DNA from: a virus
Reading direction: 5' to 3' (one strand)
IMG/VR virus record: IMGVR_UViG_3300050821_023931
Span: 11,619-75,618 of that record
Length of the DNA: 64,000 nucleotides
In this document: piece by piece, positions 60,358 through 64,000 of the stretch
How the letters are laid out: the number at the start of each line of letters is the position of its first letter
How positions within the stretch are numbered: position 1 is the first letter of the stretch
Program-made: the position numbers and the translations under genes
Notes under the pieces: model-generated
What the model was told of the DNA's origin: nothing
Database searches by the model: none
Seen by the model: only the letters and a program-made list of their open reading frames with translations

Positions 60358-60651
60358 TTAAGATCCTGAATAGTGTGAACTAGAACCCCATCCGCCTCTG
60401 CTCGTATAGCTACTGCTTGGTGGCGGTGAATAACTTCTTGTATAGTATCCACTACTGGTATGATGTACATAAACGGTTCTCGTTGTGTAACCATGCCAGC
60501 CAGGGAACCAACATATCCAAAGAGAAGGATTATGAACAGGATATCCATTAGGACCGTAATATTCGGTTTCTTCTTTTACACTATCTTCACATCCGAAGGT
60601 TAGTAGCAGAGAAGCCATCAAGAAGGTAGCAATAATTTTAGATTTTTTCAT
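60358..60651 (-). CDS. Lipoprotein with Ser/Gly-rich tail (YgiB/DUF1190-like partner)
   Basis: LLLTFGC lipobox; C-terminal SRGGWGSS; directly upstream of the Gsp synthase-like gene. Confidence 0.65.
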   Translation of the reverse strand: MKKSKIIATFLMASLLLTFGCEDSVKEETEYYGPNGYPVHNPSLWICWFPGWHGYTTRTVYVHHTSSGYYTRSYSPPPSSSYTSRGGWGSSSHYSGS

Positions 60652-60723
60652 TTTATAAAATATGTTGTTAATGCAAATATAATAAACTAAAACATTAAAT
60701 GAAATTTTTTATATAAAATAGTT

Positions 60724-60960
60724 TTAGTATTCTTTAATATTGAATTTTATGAGCGATTTTAGATGTTTATCTACGCATTTTTCACAGATTTGTGCTGACC
60801 AATGTTCTAGATCTTTATTTGACCAAAATCCCCAATGAGAGTCTAATTTTAAAAATTCAAAATTGACTTTAGCTGAATCCCAACAAGATTCACCACATAT
60901 GTCACATAAAATATCAACTATCTTATCAACTTCTTCTGTCTGTATTTTTCTAATTTCCAT
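60724..60960 (-). CDS. Small zinc-finger protein
   Basis: CDIC...CEKC. Confidence 0.65.
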   Translation of the reverse strand: MEIRKIQTEEVDKIVDILCDICGESCWDSAKVNFEFLKLDSHWGFWSNKDLEHWSAQICEKCVDKHLKSLIKFNIKEY

Positions 60961-61033
60961 TGTATAGCCTATCGTTCTTTAGATCTTCTAACTCTTCAAT
61001 ATGTCTTATAAAATTTATAATCATAGTAGTATT

Positions 61034-63010
61034 TTATATTTGTATACCAAGTTCTTCCAAAATCTGATCATAAGTCTTTATTGGAATACCCAATTTAGTA
61101 GCGGTCTTCATTTTAGAAGTTGTTGCTTTAAGATCATCACAAATAAGAAGTTTTGTATCCTTCTTCAGGGCTGTATGCATATAACCCTTAGGTTCTATTA
61201 ATTTAGCGAACTCACCTCGTGATTTGAATCCACTTGGTGCTTCACCAGTCATTTCAAATGTTATCGTATCTGTACTCATAGCAACTTTTTGTTTAGGTTT
61301 AATAACTTCAACGCCTACTTTCTCTAATGTTTCCAACATGTATACTATTTTCTCTTGGATCTCAGAATTCTCTTTTACAGCCTCAGCCATCAAAGCCTTT
61401 TCATAACCAGCAAAAGAATATTCTTGTCCTGTCAAATATTTTGCGAACTCTGCTGATATAGTTTTACCTATACCATCAATTTGAACAGCATTAATAACTC
61501 TCCATAATTCAACTTTTTTCAATTTCTGTAAAGACTCAAATATTTTATCAAGTGCCCGGCCAGCTTTAAATAGACCAGAAGTAATAAGAGATTCTTTAGT
61601 CATTGTACCATCAAAATAACTATGAATAGTTTTAATACCAGCACCATGTAAGTTTTCTATGGTTGCTGGGCCTATACCCTTAACATCAAGAATTTTTAAT
61701 CCTTTATCAATTTTCCTTACAGCAAAGTCTGGTAAATCTTGATAATTTTCAACTCTGATATGAGGTCCATCCCAATAAGTTTTGTGTCCTTTATATTCAG
61801 TTGGGAATATGAATTCTGTTTCAGAGGCTTCGATAATCTCTATAATCTGTGGAATAATATCACCAGCCTTACGTATTTTAACTGTAGCACCTATGTTAAG
61901 TTTCTTATCTCTAACATATCTGTAATTGTGTAAAGAGGCTTTAGAAACCATTGTACCATCTAATTCTACAGGCATCAATATAGCTTTAGGTGATAATTCA
62001 CCTTTGCTACCCATTGTATTAGTAATGTTAGATATTTTTGTAACAGCATCTTTAGCTGGAAATTTAATAGCTTTGGCCCATCTTGGATGATGACTTGTAA
62101 CACCCATTGCCTCTCTGTATTGTTCAGGAACCTTAGCAACAATACCATCTAATTGAAATATTGAAGTTCTTCTATATTCAACAAATTCTTCATAAATATC
62201 AACAATACTGCTAATATCTGTAATTGTTTTTCTGAAAATAGGAAATTTATTATTGAATCCCCAGGTTTGAAGTGTTTCGAGTGTATTGTTGTCTTTGAGA
62301 GGGATATTAGAAATGTTTTCCGCTATTATCACATAAGCAACAAAAGCAAAATCTTTAATAATTTCTTTCTCTATAATATCCCTGTTCAATATACCAGCAA
62401 TAAAATTTCTTGGATTGGCCGGGCAGTTAGGATCATCAATATCAAAATATTCAGATTCAAAAATTGTAAGAGGTATTACAACTTCACCACGAATCTCTAC
62501 AAGCTCATCTTTATATGGTATTGTTGCTGGGACAATGAGTCTTAATTTATCAGTAACATCTTTACCTTTTCCATGTTTACCCCTGGTAATAGCTTGTTTC
62601 AATTTACCTCGTTCATAAACAAGATTGATTGCGTTACCATCAAATTTAGGTGTGAATTCTATTTCAATACCAAAATAATCTTTAAGCCAGTTAAGGAAAA
62701 AATCAATTAGTATAGTCGCAGCATCTTTTACTTGAACTTTATCCAAAGATAACATTGCTGTAGGATGTGGATGAATTAAATCTTTTGTATTTCTTGGACC
62801 ATTTACTTCATCAACAATTCTGGATCCTTCAGCTCTTAATATTTCTTCAACTATATCGAAGATGATGTCCGGCATTATAGGAGCTTTTGCTTCATCATAA
62901 TAAGCATCACAGGCTTCTTCATATAATTCTTCTAATTGATTCAAAGAGATAGACGTAAATTGTTCTCTTGATTTTTCAACGGGCATTCCGAAAAAATTAA
63001 ATTCTGTCAT
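61034..63010 (-). CDS. ligA: NAD+-dependent DNA ligase
   Basis: AYYD...IMPD..FD, MLSLDK, PKFDG, AITRG, EIRGE, NPRN, DGIVAK, AIKF, ASLHN, KAGDIIPQ, HhH GIG motifs, C-terminal BRCT. Confidence 0.95.
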   Translation of the reverse strand: MTEFNFFGMPVEKSREQFTSISLNQLEELYEEACDAYYDEAKAPIMPDIIFDIVEEILRAEGSRIVDEVNGPRNTKDLIHPHPTAMLSLDKVQVKDAATILIDFFLNWLKDYFGIEIEFTPKFDGNAINLVYERGKLKQAITRGKHGKGKDVTDKLRLIVPATIPYKDELVEIRGEVVIPLTIFESEYFDIDDPNCPANPRNFIAGILNRDIIEKEIIKDFAFVAYVIIAENISNIPLKDNNTLETLQTWGFNNKFPIFRKTITDISSIVDIYEEFVEYRRTSIFQLDGIVAKVPEQYREAMGVTSHHPRWAKAIKFPAKDAVTKISNITNTMGSKGELSPKAILMPVELDGTMVSKASLHNYRYVRDKKLNIGATVKIRKAGDIIPQIIEIIEASETEFIFPTEYKGHKTYWDGPHIRVENYQDLPDFAVRKIDKGLKILDVKGIGPATIENLHGAGIKTIHSYFDGTMTKESLITSGLFKAGRALDKIFESLQKLKKVELWRVINAVQIDGIGKTISAEFAKYLTGQEYSFAGYEKALMAEAVKENSEIQEKIVYMLETLEKVGVEVIKPKQKVAMSTDTITFEMTGEAPSGFKSRGEFAKLIEPKGYMHTALKKDTKLLICDDLKATTSKMKTATKLGIPIKTYDQILEELGIQI

Positions 63011-63615
63011 ATATTATCGTAGTATACAATTTTTGATTTTTTTATTATTACACGTTCTTGTGAATCACATACATCCACAATAAAACCTTTCCATGAAGAA
63101 AGGTTAGGTTCTATTAATTTAACATATTTTTTAATTTCATTTGGTAATTTATCAATTTCAATCCGGCATTTATTGTGGCATTCAGCTATATTTCTTAATA
63201 CATATGCCATAGACATTTTGTAATATGGTGAAGGATCTACTTTTAGTTTCTTTGCTGTTTTTATGGCCCATATCTCAGCACTGTATTCTTCTACACATTT
63301 GGGTTCTATTGAACCCATTACAACATGCCCTATTTCATGTAGAGCAACCATAAATTCAATAATACCCATGTTTTTTATTTGGGGTATTTTAATAATTTTT
63401 TCTTCTATCCATGCCCGACCAACAGGAGATTTAAATCTCTTTTTGTCTATAGTTATTTGATGTTCCTTACAAAGGTTCTGAATAATTTTATTAAATTCTC
63501 TCGATGTCATATCATCATATACATTTTTAAAACCAAGTCTTAATGTTATATCATTAAATGAGACTAAGTTTTGATAATTATATATGAACTTTCTTAACGA
63601 CTTGACTTTAGACAT
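63007..63615 (-). CDS. Zincin metallopeptidase-like protein (HExxH)
   Basis: ALHEIGHV...EEYSAEIWA. Confidence 0.7.
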   Translation of the reverse strand: MSKVKSLRKFIYNYQNLVSFNDITLRLGFKNVYDDMTSREFNKIIQNLCKEHQITIDKKRFKSPVGRAWIEEKIIKIPQIKNMGIIEFMVALHEIGHVVMGSIEPKCVEEYSAEIWAIKTAKKLKVDPSPYYKMSMAYVLRNIAECHNKCRIEIDKLPNEIKKYVKLIEPNLSSWKGFIVDVCDSQERVIIKKSKIVYYDNI

Positions 63616-63616
63616 T

Positions 63617-64000
63617 TTAATATAGAATATCTATCTTTGTAATTCTTGTAAAGTATTGACTATGACATATTTTAACGTAATATTTTGTCTGGCTTGTTGA
63701 GTAAATATTATTTTTTATAGATTCATCTAAAAACTCTATAGAAGCTTTTAATTCACCTTTTTCTAACCAAACATTTTTTACCTGATGTGAAGCTAATTTT
63801 ATTTCGTTATTCCAAATATCAGGATCCCAGATAGATGGGGCATAAAGATGGCCAATCATAGGTATTTTGTTACACTCAAAATCTTCTACACAAAGTCTCA
63901 AAATTTCTTCATAAGAAACTCTAACAGTTTCGTTTTGATCAAACGTATCTGAATATGTTTTAATTAAAGGTATACAACTAACAGTGAATTCTTTAATCAT
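63617..64000 (-). CDS. Degenerate prohead-protease-like (gp21) protein; start at window edge
   Basis: MIGHL..P...ASHQVKNVWLEKGELKASIEFLD resembles gp21-family GEL.HP...SH.....W......G..E.LD. Confidence 0.4.
   Translation of the reverse strand: MIKEFTVSCIPLIKTYSDTFDQNETVRVSYEEILRLCVEDFECNKIPMIGHLYAPSIWDPDIWNNEIKLASHQVKNVWLEKGELKASIEFLDESIKNNIYSTSQTKYYVKICHSQYFTRITKIDILY

Noticed and set aside
61034-63010. Introns or inteins in ligA, dnaK or sheath
   Set aside because: The ORFs are uninterrupted; no intein C/S...HN motifs or split-gene patterns were seen.
1-64000. Stop-codon reassignment (TAG/TGA recoding seen in some large phages)
   Set aside because: Known genes are full length in code 11, TAG ends genes at natural C-termini (e.g. 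SSB at 19460), and coding density is already high.

Overview
This is an AT-rich, densely coding 64 kb segment (standard code 11) of a very large contractile-tailed dsDNA phage (jumbo/megaphage, distantly T4-like). The host is probably Bacteroidota, judged from TAnnTTTG -7 promoter elements, no evident Shine-Dalgarno motifs and Bacteroidota-type genes. Virion genes include a >2770-aa ORF running off the left edge (absent from the ORF track), a 1234-aa tail sheath, a tail-tube-like protein and a 1954-aa baseplate-like protein. Replication and repair genes include a gp32-like SSB, a gp47/SbcD nuclease, a PolB-type exonuclease, NAD-dependent ligase, DHFR and dCMP deaminase. Host-like genes include DnaK with Hsp20, a 4-domain ribosomal protein S1 and a Gsp synthase-like ligase with a lipoprotein. 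Most notable: (1) an unannotated ~120-nt circularly permuted tRNA-mimic RNA (YrlA/Y-RNA-like topology) at 54655-54775; (2) a coupled NadE, 2OG-Fe(II) oxygenase and NMNAT/PRTase-fusion module, a candidate new NAD+ reconstitution or nucleotide-modification pathway; (3) two GIY-YIG nucleases each with eight ~52-aa repeats in different arrangements; (4) several proteins with a T4-like capsid-targeting N-terminus, including ART-like and annexin-like cargo; (5) three to four promoter classes. All calls come from manual motif recognition; no database searches were run.
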